A DNA stretch of 64,000 nt from Felis catus (Eukaryota), in contig NC_058368.1 of the NCBI RefSeq assembly GCF_018350175.1, forward strand, positions 13,580,001 through 13,644,000. Direction: 5' to 3'. Position 1 is the stretch's first letter; the number at the start of each line of letters is the position of its first letter. A model generated the notes under the pieces. It searched no databases. It worked only from the letters and a program-made list of their open reading frames with translations, and was not told where the DNA came from. Shown here piece after piece: positions 51,640 through 64,000 of this stretch. The position numbers were made by a program, and so were the translations under genes.

Positions 51640-54445
51640 CTTCTCCAACATCACCAAGCCACAGAACTGACCCTGTTACCCCTCACCTACAAGACTCCTA
51701 CTATAAGAGAAATATAAACCCCAGCTTGTTTAAGTCACCATTACTTGGATTTTCAGGAACTTAAAGCAGAAAACAGAGCTATAAATTCATCTTGCTCATT
51801 CTTTTGAACCAAGACACAAGATTACTGGGCCTCTCTCCAGCCAAGGCAACAGGAAAAGTCATAGTTCTGACCCGGACCCCAGAAGAATTGCACGAGAAAG
51901 CACAGCAGCATGTGCTCTGATGTGTTTCCACTCCTGCATAGTTCACTCCATGAACTAATGCAGGTTAGCTTCTCACACTTGGTCCTTGAATAACCCCTAG
52001 CAACCCTGGATTGATGTGAGGATCAGTGGACAATGGATTTTTAAAACACTGCCGTGGTTTTTAAAAACCCCTTTATTTATCTGTTCCTGTTAGGAAAGAA
52101 AATGTTCAGATGGGGGGGCGGTGGGAGGGAAACTATGTGTTTCCATGATTAAATGGCACTCTCTCCCCCTGAGTCCTTGGTGTGTTGGGGGAGGTTCAGA
52201 GCTGGGTCGTGGCAAAGAGTGGATGGAAAAACTAAAAGGAGTCCTCGGGCTGAATGCAGGTTTCTTCCAGAGTCTGCAGGAGAGGAGGAGGCAAAGGTGG
52301 GAGTGAGCTGAGTTCCCTGGAAGTGGGTTGAAAGAAGCAGGATGAAAGGAGGGAAACAATGAACACCACACCCAGACCTGTGTCCAAGTGGGAAGGGTTC
52401 ATGAACTTTGAGAAATTAAATGGGAACTTGAACTATAAAGCCCAAACCTCTAAATTAACCTGGCAGTTGGCAAGACTAAAAGAATATTTTCACATTATAC
52501 AGCTGTGTGGAAACTATTTGAATCTTGGTATCTTCACCCACAGAATAAAAGAATGGAAATAAGCGGGTTTTAAGATTCTCCCAGCTCGGAGATCTCATAA
52601 TTCTGTAATTTGTCTTCACAAGGGGATTCTGGCCTTAGCTGTTCAAGTTAAATCCACATTTCTTCCTCCTGCCTGAAAGAGAAAGTCCATGAATTGGAAA
52701 AAATAATTCTCAAATTATCCCCCAATAGAATAGCTAGTACCTTTGCTTCTAGCCCAATAATTGAGCCTCATAAATCAACAGGTTCAGTAATTCACTCTTC
52801 TTTTAAAGCACCGGCCAGGTTATCAGACACTGTGGGCACATTCACAACATGAAGAGAGCTAAGATACAGCATCTGCTCTCAAGCAGTTTAGCTCAAACCA
52901 ACAATTTTTCCAAAATTCTATTCCAAATATTGTTAAATAAATGAATGAATAATTATTGTAACTCCATACTAATCGTTCTGACGGGCAGATCCTTTCCCCT
53001 TGTCAGCACCCTCTAAGATTGGTAGCATAAAGGAAAACATTCTTGTCATTTCTCTGGCTGGCTGTTTGTATCTTGACACCCAATTGCCAAGAGTGAGAGT
53101 GTGGACCAATGTTTGATGAATATCAGAGCAGGGCACGCCTACCCATTCTAAATGCTTTCCTACTCCCCCCCCCCCCCCGAAACAACTAAACAGTAATAAA
53201 GGTTTAGGTAGTTCTCTGTTGAAAGGTTCAGGAAATGTTTTCCAAACCTGACAGAGTAGGGGAGTGATGGTGATGGATGGGATCAATTACTATGTCACTG
53301 GACACCTCACTCTCTTGACCTCCCCTCCCCCCAAAAATGGCTCCTCTGCCTAGTCCATTCAAAGATGCCCTGCATGGATGGTTCATTTTCTTCTCCCACT
53401 CTTTTTTCCTTTTGTCTTCACTTTAAAGTTGCATCCCTAACTAGTGACCTAGAATTATAGTCTCGCTCATTAGACCAGGATATCCTATACATTCTGACAA
53501 GTAAGTAAGTTCCAAGACTATGGTCAATTTCTGTTTCTGGCAGATTTCCCAACCTTATGCACCCACAAAATAGTAAGTATTTTCTCCTAGACATAATTTC
53601 TGCTGGTATACAAGTGAAGAAAGGGTTTGTTAGCTCCACTCTAGGAAATGATGAGCTCATGACCTTTGGATTTAGGTAGGTGGTGAAGGGAGAGAAACAT
53701 TAAAGTTTCCTTATCTTAAGGTATCCATATATAACAGTAACAACAACCTTCAGAAAAAGAAATATAGTGGGTTAAATTCTTCCCATTGGCAGTGCGTATT
53801 ATCTCCTACTAACATTACTTTAAGGCTTAGTACTTATGTTCATCCACCGCACTGTGAGAATAGAGATGGACAAGCAAATATTGATAAACAGCCTAAGAAA
53901 AGAATGACTCCATTTGATGAGATCAAGAAGACTTCATAGACAATGTGATATTTACCTTGACATTTGAAGGAAGTTCACCAGGAACAGAGGTGGCATAAGG
54001 GTAGAAAAGCTTGGGGTCATAATTCAGGCAAGGGGAAAATATGAGCACAGAGAAATAAATCTGCCTGGTGTGTTGAAGACACTATTAAAAGTTAACCATT
54101 CTAAAAGTGTTTTGGGAATCTTAGCCCTGTTGTTCCCCCCTCCCACCAGCCCTCAGTCACCGGTCTACGAAAAAACTTTTGAAGGCCTACACAACTTTTG
54201 AGAAATAGCACTAGGAGATGCTGAGATGATCCCCAGCTAACTTTATAAACAGCCTCCTAGTGTTCAAGCTGTCTAGAGGATTACAGACGCAGAGTCAGGA
54301 GGAAAAGAACAAAGCCATGTCAACACTGTACATTCTATGTCCCAAATGAAAAACACGAAATCCAATTCCATATGTCATTCCATGGCTTCTTAAAGAGAGT
54401 AATTCAATCTGATCCTTTTTTTTTTCTCCAAGCCCACATTTAAAT

Positions 54446-54446
<1 letters not shown>

Positions 54447-54490
<44 letters not shown>

Positions 54491-54597
54491 AAGAAAGAAA
54501 GAAAAGGAAGGAAGGAAGGAAGGAAGGAAGGAAGGAAGGAAGGAAGGAAGGAAGAAAAAGGAAGGAAGAAAGGAAGGAAGGGGAAAAGAGAAAAAAG
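54447..54597 (+). repeat. Compound purine microsatellite (GA)n(GAAA)n(GGAA)n
   Basis: About 150 bp purine-only strand. Confidence 0.97.
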
Positions 54598-54875
54598 TTC
54601 TTACGGGGCTACTCTGTAGGAAGTACAAGATCAAAGTTTCTACAATACAGCAGGAAGGAAGAGATCATGGAACAAGAAGAGAGACTGTGGTAAGTACCAT
54701 AAGAAAGGTAGAATCTAGGAAATTAGGGATTATATCTAAATAGAGGAACCAGTGAAGGCTTCCTGAGGGAAGTAACCAGCAAGGTTATGAAGTCGGGTAG
54801 GACTTTAACAGGTGTAAACGTGAGGGAGGCAATTCAAGCAGGAGTACCGTGCAGTAGGAAAACCCAAGGCATATA

Positions 54876-55640
54876 TAGAGTTGTCCAGTAAAAGTTTCTG
54901 AGGTGATGGAAATGGTCCATATCTACACTGTCCAGTATGGTAGCCACTAGCTACATTAGGCCACTGAGCACTTGAAATCTGGCTAATGAAACTGAAGGAC
55001 TGAACTTTTAATTTTCTGTAAGTTTAATTAATTTAAGCTTAAATAGCCATTTTGGAAATAAGTGAAGACCAACCAAATGAAAATAGTCTAAGATTATTTA
55101 TTTACTCAGAGTTTGCTCTAGCAAGGGAGTCAGCCACTATTGATTGTTTTGGCAGAGATTCAAAGGCAGGCAGAGCACAAGGGAAGTTTTGCAACTGAAA
55201 AAAGGGAAGTAGGTATGCCCTGATTGGAAGCTGTTGGCACAGAGAAGCTGTAGGAAAGCTAATTAGAACTGTGGCAGCTTGTGTGATTGGTTAGGATGCA
55301 TATTTGGCTTTCTCTGATTTGTCCTAAGCTGGAAGTGGGGACAAGCCTCAGAGAAACCATCAGGTATGAGTCAAGTCCTGGCCATTTAGGGATGACTGTT
55401 ACAGAGCTTATTGTCTGGCTACCCATGGACTTGTTAGAGATAGTGAGTGGTCTGAGTTTCACTTACAGGTAGCAGGCTGGCTTCTTGGGTTGGTTGCTGT
55501 AGATCATGGGTTGGTTTTCTAGGCTATTTACTGCACATTATAGGTTAGAGTTCTACTTTTATATATGGTCTATCCATTGTATATTTGCTCCTCATTGCTA
55601 ATGATCGGGGGCTACAGCATTGGACAGTGTCATTCTATAG
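54876..55640 (+). mobile_element. MER3 hAT element split by an LTR, itself inside an antisense L2 (about 54700-56180)
   Basis: tgtccagta...tgatggaaatg...gtagccactagc...taaatagcca | ...ggctacagcattggacagtg. Confidence 0.8.
55051..55594 (-). mobile_element. MER90a-like ERV1 solo LTR
   Basis: tggaaataagtgaagaccaaccaaatga...agcaagggagtcagccac...tatatatggtct, matching the recalled MER90a in reverse. Confidence 0.85.
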
Positions 55641-58559
55641 TCACAAGAAATCCAGTTTCGTGGAACATAGGGTGTGTTTCAGGAGAAATAAAGCCAATAG
55701 AGATAAGATCAGAATGTGGAAACCAGTGTGCTAATCTAAGAATTTGTATTTGCTTCAATAAGGATGAAATATCATGGAAAATTTGAGGGCAGGAAGCTGC
55801 ATGATCACAGCTCCACTTTATAAGGATGAATCCACTTTTAATATGCAAATTGAAACTAAGAGGGAAGCTACTGGAAACAGAGAGACCAGGTCAGCATCTT
55901 GTAATAGTTCAGGGAAGAGGAAATGAGGTTACAGGACGCCAGGAATATAGATGGAAAAGAACAGGGGCAAAAATAATTTGAATGTATAATATGAAGTTCT
56001 TGAAATCTGATTGGATATAAGGAATTTTTTTAAAAGGCCTCCAAAGGACTCTTGAGCCCAAAGAAGGTGGAAGATTATAGATCTTTTAGGGACTCGGGAA
56101 GTAAGGAAGTAGCGATGTTGGAGGATAGAGCAGAGGGAGGGTAAATAATGAGTGTGGGTTTCAGACTAGTAAACCTCAGCAGACTGAAGACAAAGAAAAA
56201 GTAGGAAAAACAAATCAGAAGAAACCAAAAGGAAATAGGCCTTTAAACAAGAAAAGGGGCCCAAAAAAGATTAATAAAGGGATATACCAATCCTAAACTA
56301 CATTATTTCATTTAGTAAGCAATGACGCGTTCTACTTCAAATCCACAAGTTATGCTTGAGAGGCAGTTTTCAGATGGTCACAGTTATATTAGAAGAGTTC
56401 TGTTCAACATAAGCAGTAATGCAGATGTCATTTTTTTTAAGAAAAAAGACCTGATTTTGCTCTCTGCTCTGCTTGAGCTTTATTAGTTATTAAAATTAAT
56501 TTAACAGAGGTCTTTAGTAACATGCCCCATTATTGATTAATAAAGTCTTTATAAAAAGAGGATGCTCACTTTTTAAGAGATTGTAATCAAAGAAATACAC
56601 TCTGGCTTCACAAAAGGAGAGATTGACTGCTCACCAAGGCTTTGGAGTCAACTAGCATCTCCCTTTCCGGGTTAATTAATGCAATTTAGTTCACAAAAAT
56701 TTTCTTTTCTTGTTTCATTGTATTCCTCATGTGGGTACTTTTGTTTCAAAAGGTATTCGCATTCAAGTGCATCACCTCTCTGATTGGGTGATATCCAAGC
56801 AATCAGGACCCTTCCCACTGCCCTCCTCCCCCAGCTGCGGTTGTCATCCTTCCAACATCTCAAGTGGAGACTGACCAATGACAGACTCGATTGTTCAAAG
56901 ACAATTGATAAGATTGTCAAAGACGTTCCCTCCCAATGGTCATTGCGGTGTGAAATCTCAGAAGGCAGGGACTCTTGCTTGATTCAAAGCCACCTATGAG
57001 GTTCCTGATACAAAGTGTTCCCTGAAACCACTTTAGCTGAATGAAATGACTTAAAAAAAAAAAAAAACAGAAAGAAAAGAAAGTCTACGAAAAAGGGTGA
57101 GATACCTGATGTATGCTACAAATCCTCAAAGGTCATTATCCTATTCATTTATTCAATTATTTCTTAGGTGCCAACATAGGTCAGAGAGTATGCTAGCCAG
57201 GTGCCTGATATACAGAGATAAATATTATATAGCCCATCCTCCAAAAATACATTATTCTAAAATCTTTGTCATCCATGGTTCATGTAAAATTGACAATATA
57301 AGATGCTTAATTCCTGTGCTGTTTAATGCATTACACTGCACTGATAAAGTATTCAAAACTCTTTACCGGAAATAAATAGTGCTAAAGGGTACCACTGTGA
57401 TTTCCCGAGAATGCCTGGCCCTTCCAATTTTCTAGATCTCTCACTTCCATGGCTTCTACAAGAAGATTTGATTGAAAAGGTAAAATCACAATTCAGGTGT
57501 CTTATGATCAGAAAGTAAAGGTACCAGTTTAGTGAGCATGTCTTCCAATAGGCTCCTAACAAAATCCAAACAAGCTAAAAATCAAATGTAAGCCCCTCAC
57601 CTGACTAAGCCTCCAAATGAATCTTTGGAAACCAGACATGTAATTTCACTCATACTAACTTTTCCAGCATGATTTCCTCCAACATCATCCCTCCTTACAT
57701 CAGGATCCTCCACAAAAGACAAACCAAAAGAAAACTTGAATATTTAATCAAATGTTATCAAAAACACCTACTTCAAGAGAAGTAATTAAGATATACTGAT
57801 AATAAATGCAGAAAAATACAACTGGGGTCATTTATCTCTGGTTGCCTTTTCTTCCTACATTCTGAATAACTCACCAATTGCAAAGCACTCATAAACAGGA
57901 TCTGGTTTGAAGCTGTCACCACACATTTTCAGAGCAATTTCAGTTATCACTGAGTATAATATATGCTAATCTGGAATTGAGTACAGCCTCAGGTGTTATA
58001 ACATTCTTGTTCTCGGCCTGAAGGAAAGGCATTAATTAACCACAGTTCTGATTCCCGAAGCCAGATTAGAATATCTCACTGCTGTGGTGATCCAGAAATT
58101 ACTAGTTTTATCTGAACATTTTCAAGATTCCGAAGGAGCTTCTAAAAACGGATATCATAATGAAGGCAATGACCCCCAGCCTTCCTCAGTGGTAAATTCT
58201 CTCCCTGGGACTTTTGCCAGCCTGGCAAAAAGATCGATACAACATTCAGATAGATTTATTTCCAATAGACAAATAACTCGCATATGGGAAAGTCACTTAA
58301 TGCAATTCTGAGCTTTCAGACTCCTCCACATTATTCTGCTCCCATGACTGCATTTCTTGGAAGCAGGACAGGCCTTAAGGGAAGTCTCTGAAGTCCTTGG
58401 ATGCCCCTTCTGTGCTTCTGTTCTACACTGCACCGTGCTCTGCTTCAACCCTCCTTGAAATCCCATGCTCATCTATCCCCCCTGGGAGTGAGGTCAGCAC
58501 TTTCAGGAAGCAGCGTTCCTGGTAAAACCATGTTGGGTTCCTTCTCATTTCAAAGAGAC

Positions 58560-58940
58560 TATCTGTCAGGAGGTTTTTGGCAAGCGAAACAACCCAACTC
58601 AGGCTAATGTAAGGGCAAAGGAGATTTAATCCAAACACACCACAGGATTAGAGAGACCAGAAAACCAGGCCTGGAAGATACATACAAATGGAAAATATAG
58701 ACCCTTTCTTGCATAGAAATGAATCATCATGAAAACAGCAATGAGGGGATTGCAGAAACAGCTTACCACACCCACCCCCTTTATGGCATGCCAATGTGGG
58801 CCCTGATTCCTCTTGGCTGCATTTACTGTTGTGATCCCAAGCCAGGGTGGCTCTCATACCAATACCAGTCCCAGAAGAGCAGGACAGTGACAGCATATAA
58901 GCCAAAGGTGAGGCATAGGAGGGCCATTCCACAGGCCTAA
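58560..58940 (-). mobile_element. Old MaLR LTR fragment (MLT1L/N-like)
   Basis: ggcaagcgaaacaacccaactcaggcta...aggagatttaat pattern. Confidence 0.5.
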
Positions 58941-58975
58941 AATGAAAACAGACATAATGACAAGAGCAGAAGTGA

Positions 58976-59441
58976 TGTTGTCAAAAGCACAACGGAGTCC
59001 GAGACAGAATTAACAAGGGCCGTTTACTCATAAGCTGGCAGCATGGGGACATCCTGCCCTTGTGTTTTGTCGCAGCAAGGGTTCAAGGGTGTCAGGAGGA
59101 GAGTAAGCATTATCAAGTAAAAAACAGCAAATACCAAGCGCATGTCTGATTGGGAAGCATTCTGTTAAGGTGTGATTTTCAGAAGCGGGAGATTTTCTAA
59201 TTGGTCTTCAGGTACATGTGATGGTCTTTGGTTGACTGCAAGGGGACAAGAGACTTTTCAGAAAAGAAAGGATTGTCCGATGGCAGAGCATTTTCTGTGC
59301 TAACTTTTTGGCGGAACAAGAGTGGGTCCAGGGAGTTGAGGGGGTGCTTTCATAGTAATGGTCCTCATGACAAGCTGAGCGCCTAAGGCAAGAGTTTCTC
59401 AAAGTTTAGGAGAGAAACTCGGTCAGGAACCAAGGGTGTCA
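58976..59441 (-). mobile_element. Probable ERV1-class solo LTR (family uncertain)
   Basis: TG...CA-bounded block with ctgattgg/ctaattgg CCAAT-type boxes; family not resolved by eye. Confidence 0.4.
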
Positions 59442-59739
59442 TGCAGCACAGACACAAACTAGAGGAAGCAGGTGCAGGGGGGCACTGAGGATTGTTTTGC
59501 AGCAACTGTCTGCCACCTCAGCCAGATTTTATTCATCCAGCCATAGAGGCAGCAGCTCCCCTGAGGCGAATATCTTCCTCCTCCGTGTCTTGCCTGGGTT
59601 TCCAGATATTCCTGATGCAATAGTCCCATTGTGTGGGACTATGGGCTCTTGGTCATCAGGGCTACAGATCACTTTGTCATTATGGTGTCCTCTCTGCAGT
59701 CAGATGCTAAGAACTCAGATATGGAAGTAAGAATGTTTC

Positions 59740-60098
59740 TGTTATTGACTGCATGTTTGTATCCCGCCCCCACCCCACCACAAAAAATTCGTATGTTGAA
59801 ATTCTAATCCCCAGTGGGATAGTATTAGGAGGTGGAGCCTTGGGAAGTAATTCGGATTAGATGAGGTCATCTTAAAAGAGTCACGAGAGCTTGCTTCCTC
59901 TCCGTTCTCTGCCATGGGAGGACACAGGAAGAGGTCAACAGTCTGCAAGTCTGGAAGAGGAGTATCATCAGCACTCAACCATGCTGCACCCTGACCTTAG
60001 ACTTCCAGCCTCTAGAACGGTGAGAAATAAACTTCTGTTGTTTATAAGCCACCCAGTCTGTGCTACGTCTGTTACAGCAGTCCCAGTGGACAAAGCCA
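59740..60098 (+). mobile_element. MaLR solo LTR (MLT1A0-like)
   Basis: aattcgtatgttgaaattctaatcccc...gacttccagcctctagaacggtgagaaataaa...tttataagccacccagtct. Confidence 0.88.
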
Positions 60099-61596
60099 AC
60101 GTGTGTGGACTAACGCATCACTAAAGCTACGATTAAAAGGATAAAAGACATCATGCAGTCCTCGACACTGATCTAATGATATAAAATTACAGAATCATTC
60201 TTCAAATAGGCCCAAGGGCACTAAAATCTTTCAAGTTACTAGTTTACCCTCTATCACCTCTTCCTTACTATTGTATACATATGTGTGTTGTGTGTACGTG
60301 CACATGCATATTGAAATTGAGGATCAAGGATAGAAGAAAAAGAGAAAAAAAAGAGCTTTTTGGAAAATAACTTGAAAAAAAAAGTCTGTGCTTTTGTGCT
60401 TTCTACATAGCCCAATGTAAATTTTATGTAAATACACGTATTTGGTTCCTGTTTAGCTTTCAGTAAAAACCAGGTGATGACCATTACCTTTAACATCCCA
60501 TTAGCTTTTTACCATATTCCTTATGAAATTTCCCAATGTTCTCATGCATAATTTATCTTAAACACTGAACACCAACCTCTTTGATTAAGTGCCTCCTACA
60601 AATACAAAAAAGAAAAAAAAAATAAGGAAAAGTTGTTCAACCTGTCTGCTTGTGTAAATTAAAATTCAAACTTCTGGAGAAAAGAAGTACCCTAATAACA
60701 TACTCATCACACTGAGAGTTTTAAGTAAATGTTAAATACCACTGTATTTGAAACACCCACATCTTTGAGAGAAAGGACCAACAAAACCCCCTAAGAATTC
60801 AGCAGGACTTAATGTATAGTTTGAATGGCACGTGTACATTTCCTCTGATATTTTCTGAAAATGTAGGAGAGAATGTTAATTTTTCTAAATACATTTTCTT
60901 TTGTTTACCAGCAAAAGTTAGCTTGAACAAAGCAGCTTTCTGTTTTTCTCCTTTATTAAATTCACATCTGTTTACAAAATGTCCTTCTCATTTGGAGTTC
61001 TGGTGTTCCGATTATTGTTGCTTTTTCGTTGTTGTTTTGCAATTGCATAATGTGATGGTTGCCGTGGTAATAGAAAAGTGGGCTCGAACCTTTTCAAATC
61101 ATAACCATCTCTATTCCACGTTATTTATTGGATTTCATTCAGGTATAGCCTCCTTTCTATTTTTTTCTCTTTATGAATTTAAAGTTACTCCTTCCTTTGT
61201 CATCCTGATTTCCATTTCCTAAATACCTCTCAAACTGCCAGTATTTCTTACCTATTCTATTCAAATGGAAAATCAAGTCCGTGATTTTATATGCAATTGA
61301 AAAATAGACATTTGCATTTCTATCAGTATTGTGACTGAGCACCAGTTTCCACCTGTGCACACAACCATTCACAGCTACCAGGTCTGTGAGCTACTCTGGT
61401 GCGGGGATTCTAGGACTATGGCATGGGGTGCAGGGTAATCAGGAATGGTGGAGTCAGGAAGCACCAGTCAGGAGACTCCATGGAGCCCTTAGTCAGCTTC
61501 ATTCTGTAAGTAGGCAGAGCTGCTGGGAGCAGCTGGCCTCTGCTTAGAGCTGCTGTGTGACTGGAAGTAAGGCTCCTGTGGTGGCTAGTCAAACCT

Positions 61597-61640
61597 CTCG
61601 TTTTCATGGGCGGCTATGCTCGTTTTCATGGGTGGCTATG
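61597..61640 (+). repeat. 22-bp tandem duplication
   Basis: ctcgttttcatggg(c/t)ggctatg x2. Confidence 0.95.
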
Positions 61641-61838
61641 GAAAGAGGCTGCACCTTAAGTGTAAAGGAATAAAGCCCCTTAAGTGTAAAGAAACAGCAA
61701 GTTCTGTTTTGCAGCCCACGGTGGAACACTCAGAGTGGGAATTTCCCAGAACTGAGCTAATACGATTATCAGCGTATCAGACCCATGGATTTATAAAATT
61801 TTACTGAAGGAACTTGGGGTAATTTTGTCCAGAACATC

Positions 61839-62043
61839 TTTTTTTTTTCCTAATGTTTATTTATTTGAGAGAGAGAGAAAGAGAGAGAGAAGGAGCAGGG
61901 GTGAGGGAAGGGCTGAGAGAGAGAGGTGCAGAGGATCCAAAGCAGGCTCTGTGCTGACAGCACAGAGTCCGATGTGGGACTGAACTCATGACCTGATCCG
62001 AACGAAGCAAGACACTTAACCCACTGAGCCACCCAGGTGCCCC
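61839..62043 (-). mobile_element. Can-SINE (older subfamily, small internal deletion)
   Basis: Poly-T, GA tract, ...ctgagccacccaggtgccc head. Confidence 0.9.
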
Positions 62044-62213
62044 CAGGACTTTTTTCTTAATCTAGGAGAGTAGATCTCCAAATTTCCATAGAGTAGCTGA
62101 ACTGGGTTCACAGACCACTCAAGTGGCATGTGAAATGTATGGTGCATATGTGTGTTTCTCTAAAGAGAAAACCTTGGGCTTTTTTCACATTCTTGCGCAG
62201 GCCTATGATAAGC

Positions 62214-62340
62214 AGAGCATATGTCACAGTTTACATGGGAGAGTCAATAGTTATACCCATGTCTTGGCATAATTATCAATAATGCCCCCATTTCACTTTC
62301 AAAAGTTTAGTTTAGGTGGCAAATTGTATTTCCACACAAA
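62214..62340 (+). mobile_element. MER94-like hAT MITE
   Basis: catatgtcacagttt...ggcataattatcaataatgcccccatttcactttcaaaagt, matching the recalled MER94. Confidence 0.7.
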
Positions 62341-62344
62341 AGCT

Positions 62345-62562
62345 GTTGTACTATTGTATGTTTCAAAGTTGCTGTGAGAATAGATCTTCACATTTTTCAC
62401 CACACACACGCACGGATGATAACTGTGTGAGGTGACGGGTGTCAACTAACCTTATCATGGTCATCATTTTGCAATATATGGGCATATCAAATCATCACAT
62501 TGTTCACCTTAAACTTACACAATATTGTCTGTCAGTTATATCGCAGGAAAGCTAGGGGGAAA
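62345..62562 (+). mobile_element. L1MA9/L1MB-like 3' end
   Basis: aaagttgctgtgagaatagatctt...aactgtgtgaggtgacgg...ccttaaacttacacaat. Confidence 0.8.
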
Positions 62563-62739
62563 GTGATGAGCTGCGAGAAATAATTATTTCCATTCAGAGA
62601 GTATACTCTGAATCAAATTTCCCTGCTGATGCCAGGAATTGGCTTTGGTTATAGTTATTAATATAAAAAAAGGAAATCTCATGTGTGTACCATCTTGGAG
62701 GTTTCCTAGCACTTTCTCAAGAAGATTACTGGAAAAATA

Positions 62740-63248
62740 ATTGGCTATCCAATGATGTCACTCCCCTGCTTTAAATCTTTCACTTGTTCTCCAAAGTCTG
62801 AGGAGTCAAGTTTAAATTCCCTTCTTAAATACACAGACCTTTTACTACCTCTCCAGTTTCATTTTTTGCCATTCCTGACCCATGCTCTTCAAGGTACTCC
62901 TTCCCAACTACATATTCCCCAACCACATTCTTCCCAACCTCTTCTGCTTACAAATGATGTCCCTGTTATTCTGAGTGCCCTTCCTCCCCTTTCCCTCTCA
63001 TGACTCATCTCAAGCATCCCCTCCTCTAGCAAACTTGACTCTCCAGTGAATGAAACACTTCATTTTGATATTTATATGGCACCTCTCATATAAAATCATC
63101 ATGTTTAATATTATAACTATCAGTTACTTGTCTGTCTTAATAAATAGACTATAGATTTCTGAGGAAATTGTTCATTGTGATATTCCCAGCATCTAAGATA
63201 GTGCCCAGTATGGAGTTGCTCTTAAATGTGTGCTAACTAAATGAATGT
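62740..63248 (+). mobile_element. L2 3' fragment
   Basis: atgtcactcccctgctttaaatc...tattcccagcatctaagatagtgccc...aaatgaatg. Confidence 0.7.
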
Positions 63249-63287
63249 ATACGTTTTGACCGAACAGATTAAGAGGAATGAGAGGAA

Positions 63288-63503
63288 GGGTGCCTGGGTG
63301 GCTCAGTGGGTTAAGTGCCTGACTTCAGCTCAGGTCATGACCTTGCAGTCCGTGAATTTGAGCCCTGTGTCGGGCTCTATGCTGACAGCTCAGAGCCTGG
63401 AGCCTGCTTCTGATTCTGTGTCTCCCTCTCTCTCTGCCCCTCCCCTGTTTGTACTCTGTTTCTCTTCCTCAAAACTAAACATTAAAAATTTTCAAAAAAA
63501 AAA
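63288..63503 (+). mobile_element. Can-SINE
   Basis: 17-bp TSD aagaggaatgag(a/g)ggaa at 63271-63287 and 63504-63520. Confidence 0.95.
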
Positions 63504-63924
63504 AAGAGGAATGAGGGGAAATTGTGGGGCGGAAATGAGGAAGCATAGGTATGAGAAGAGATGGGTTTGTGAAGACAAGAGAGGATATGTTAAGAATATA
63601 TATCCTAGGAAAGACAGGATATGAGATAGCCCATTTTCACACATGTAGCACATTATCACAATTATAAGGAGGCATATTTAAAGAGATGCTCTAGAATTGT
63701 GTAAAAAAATTATCCTTAAACAATAAGAAATATTTTTATCATAATGGTAACTATACAAAGACTTCCTTAATATGTTTTTTTTTCAAATGTTATCCCTAGA
63801 AATGTTAAAAAATAAGACAAAAAATCATCTTGCTCAATAGTTTGGGTAGATGTGTGAGATGGTCTCACATGGTCTCACATAATTGTAGAGTTGCAAATAT
63901 CAACAAGTCCACCTATCTGAGTGA

Positions 63925-64000
63925 GGACAGCACAGTGGTAAAGAGTCCAGACTTGAGGTCGAAGAGAGCTGTTTAATCCTACTTTCATACTTACTTCTTA
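63925..64000 (+). mobile_element. MIR 5' part (runs off the window)
   Basis: gcacagtggtaaagagtccagact...ttaatcct tRNA-like head. Confidence 0.55.

Noticed and set aside
61597..61691. Direct repeats as a CRISPR-like array
   Set aside because: Only two copies of each unit, no regular spacers, mammalian context, no cas genes
63850..63882. Small hairpin / 10-bp duplication tgtgagatggtctcacatggtctcacat, and the ggtttttaaaaacc palindrome near 52056
   Set aside because: Too short to distinguish from chance or trivial slippage
1..64000. Naming a host gene, or inferring its strand from L1 orientation bias
   Set aside because: No exon recognised, and the plus-strand excess of L1 fragments (about 7 vs 4) is too weak

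Overview
Mammalian nuclear DNA from a cat-family animal (Felidae), judged from 12 tRNA-derived Can-SINEs of felid type and a felid-type LINE-1. I found no host protein-coding exon, RNA gene, CRISPR array or prokaryotic system; the window reads as deep intron or intergenic DNA. The dominant feature is a full-length, TSD-flanked L1 (17661-23589, +). It has a CpG-rich 5' UTR, an ORF1 broken by one nonsense codon (probably CGA>TGA) and an ORF2 broken by one extra A in an A10 run. The rest is layered fossil repeats (L2, MIR, L1M, MaLR/ERV solo LTRs, Tigger and hAT elements), microsatellites, and repeat-poor blocks with developmental transcription-factor motifs. The most unusual observations are: (i) a ~155-bp L1 insertion that joins an inverted 27-nt piece of the inter-ORF spacer to the extreme 3' end, with ~4 kb of L1 missing between them; (ii) an 847-bp Tigger-type element with perfect 14-bp TIRs, apparently an internal-deletion derivative; (iii) an ORF0-like antisense ORF in the L1 5' UTR. 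Repeat subfamily names come from my recall of consensus sequences and need RepeatMasker/Dfam confirmation.
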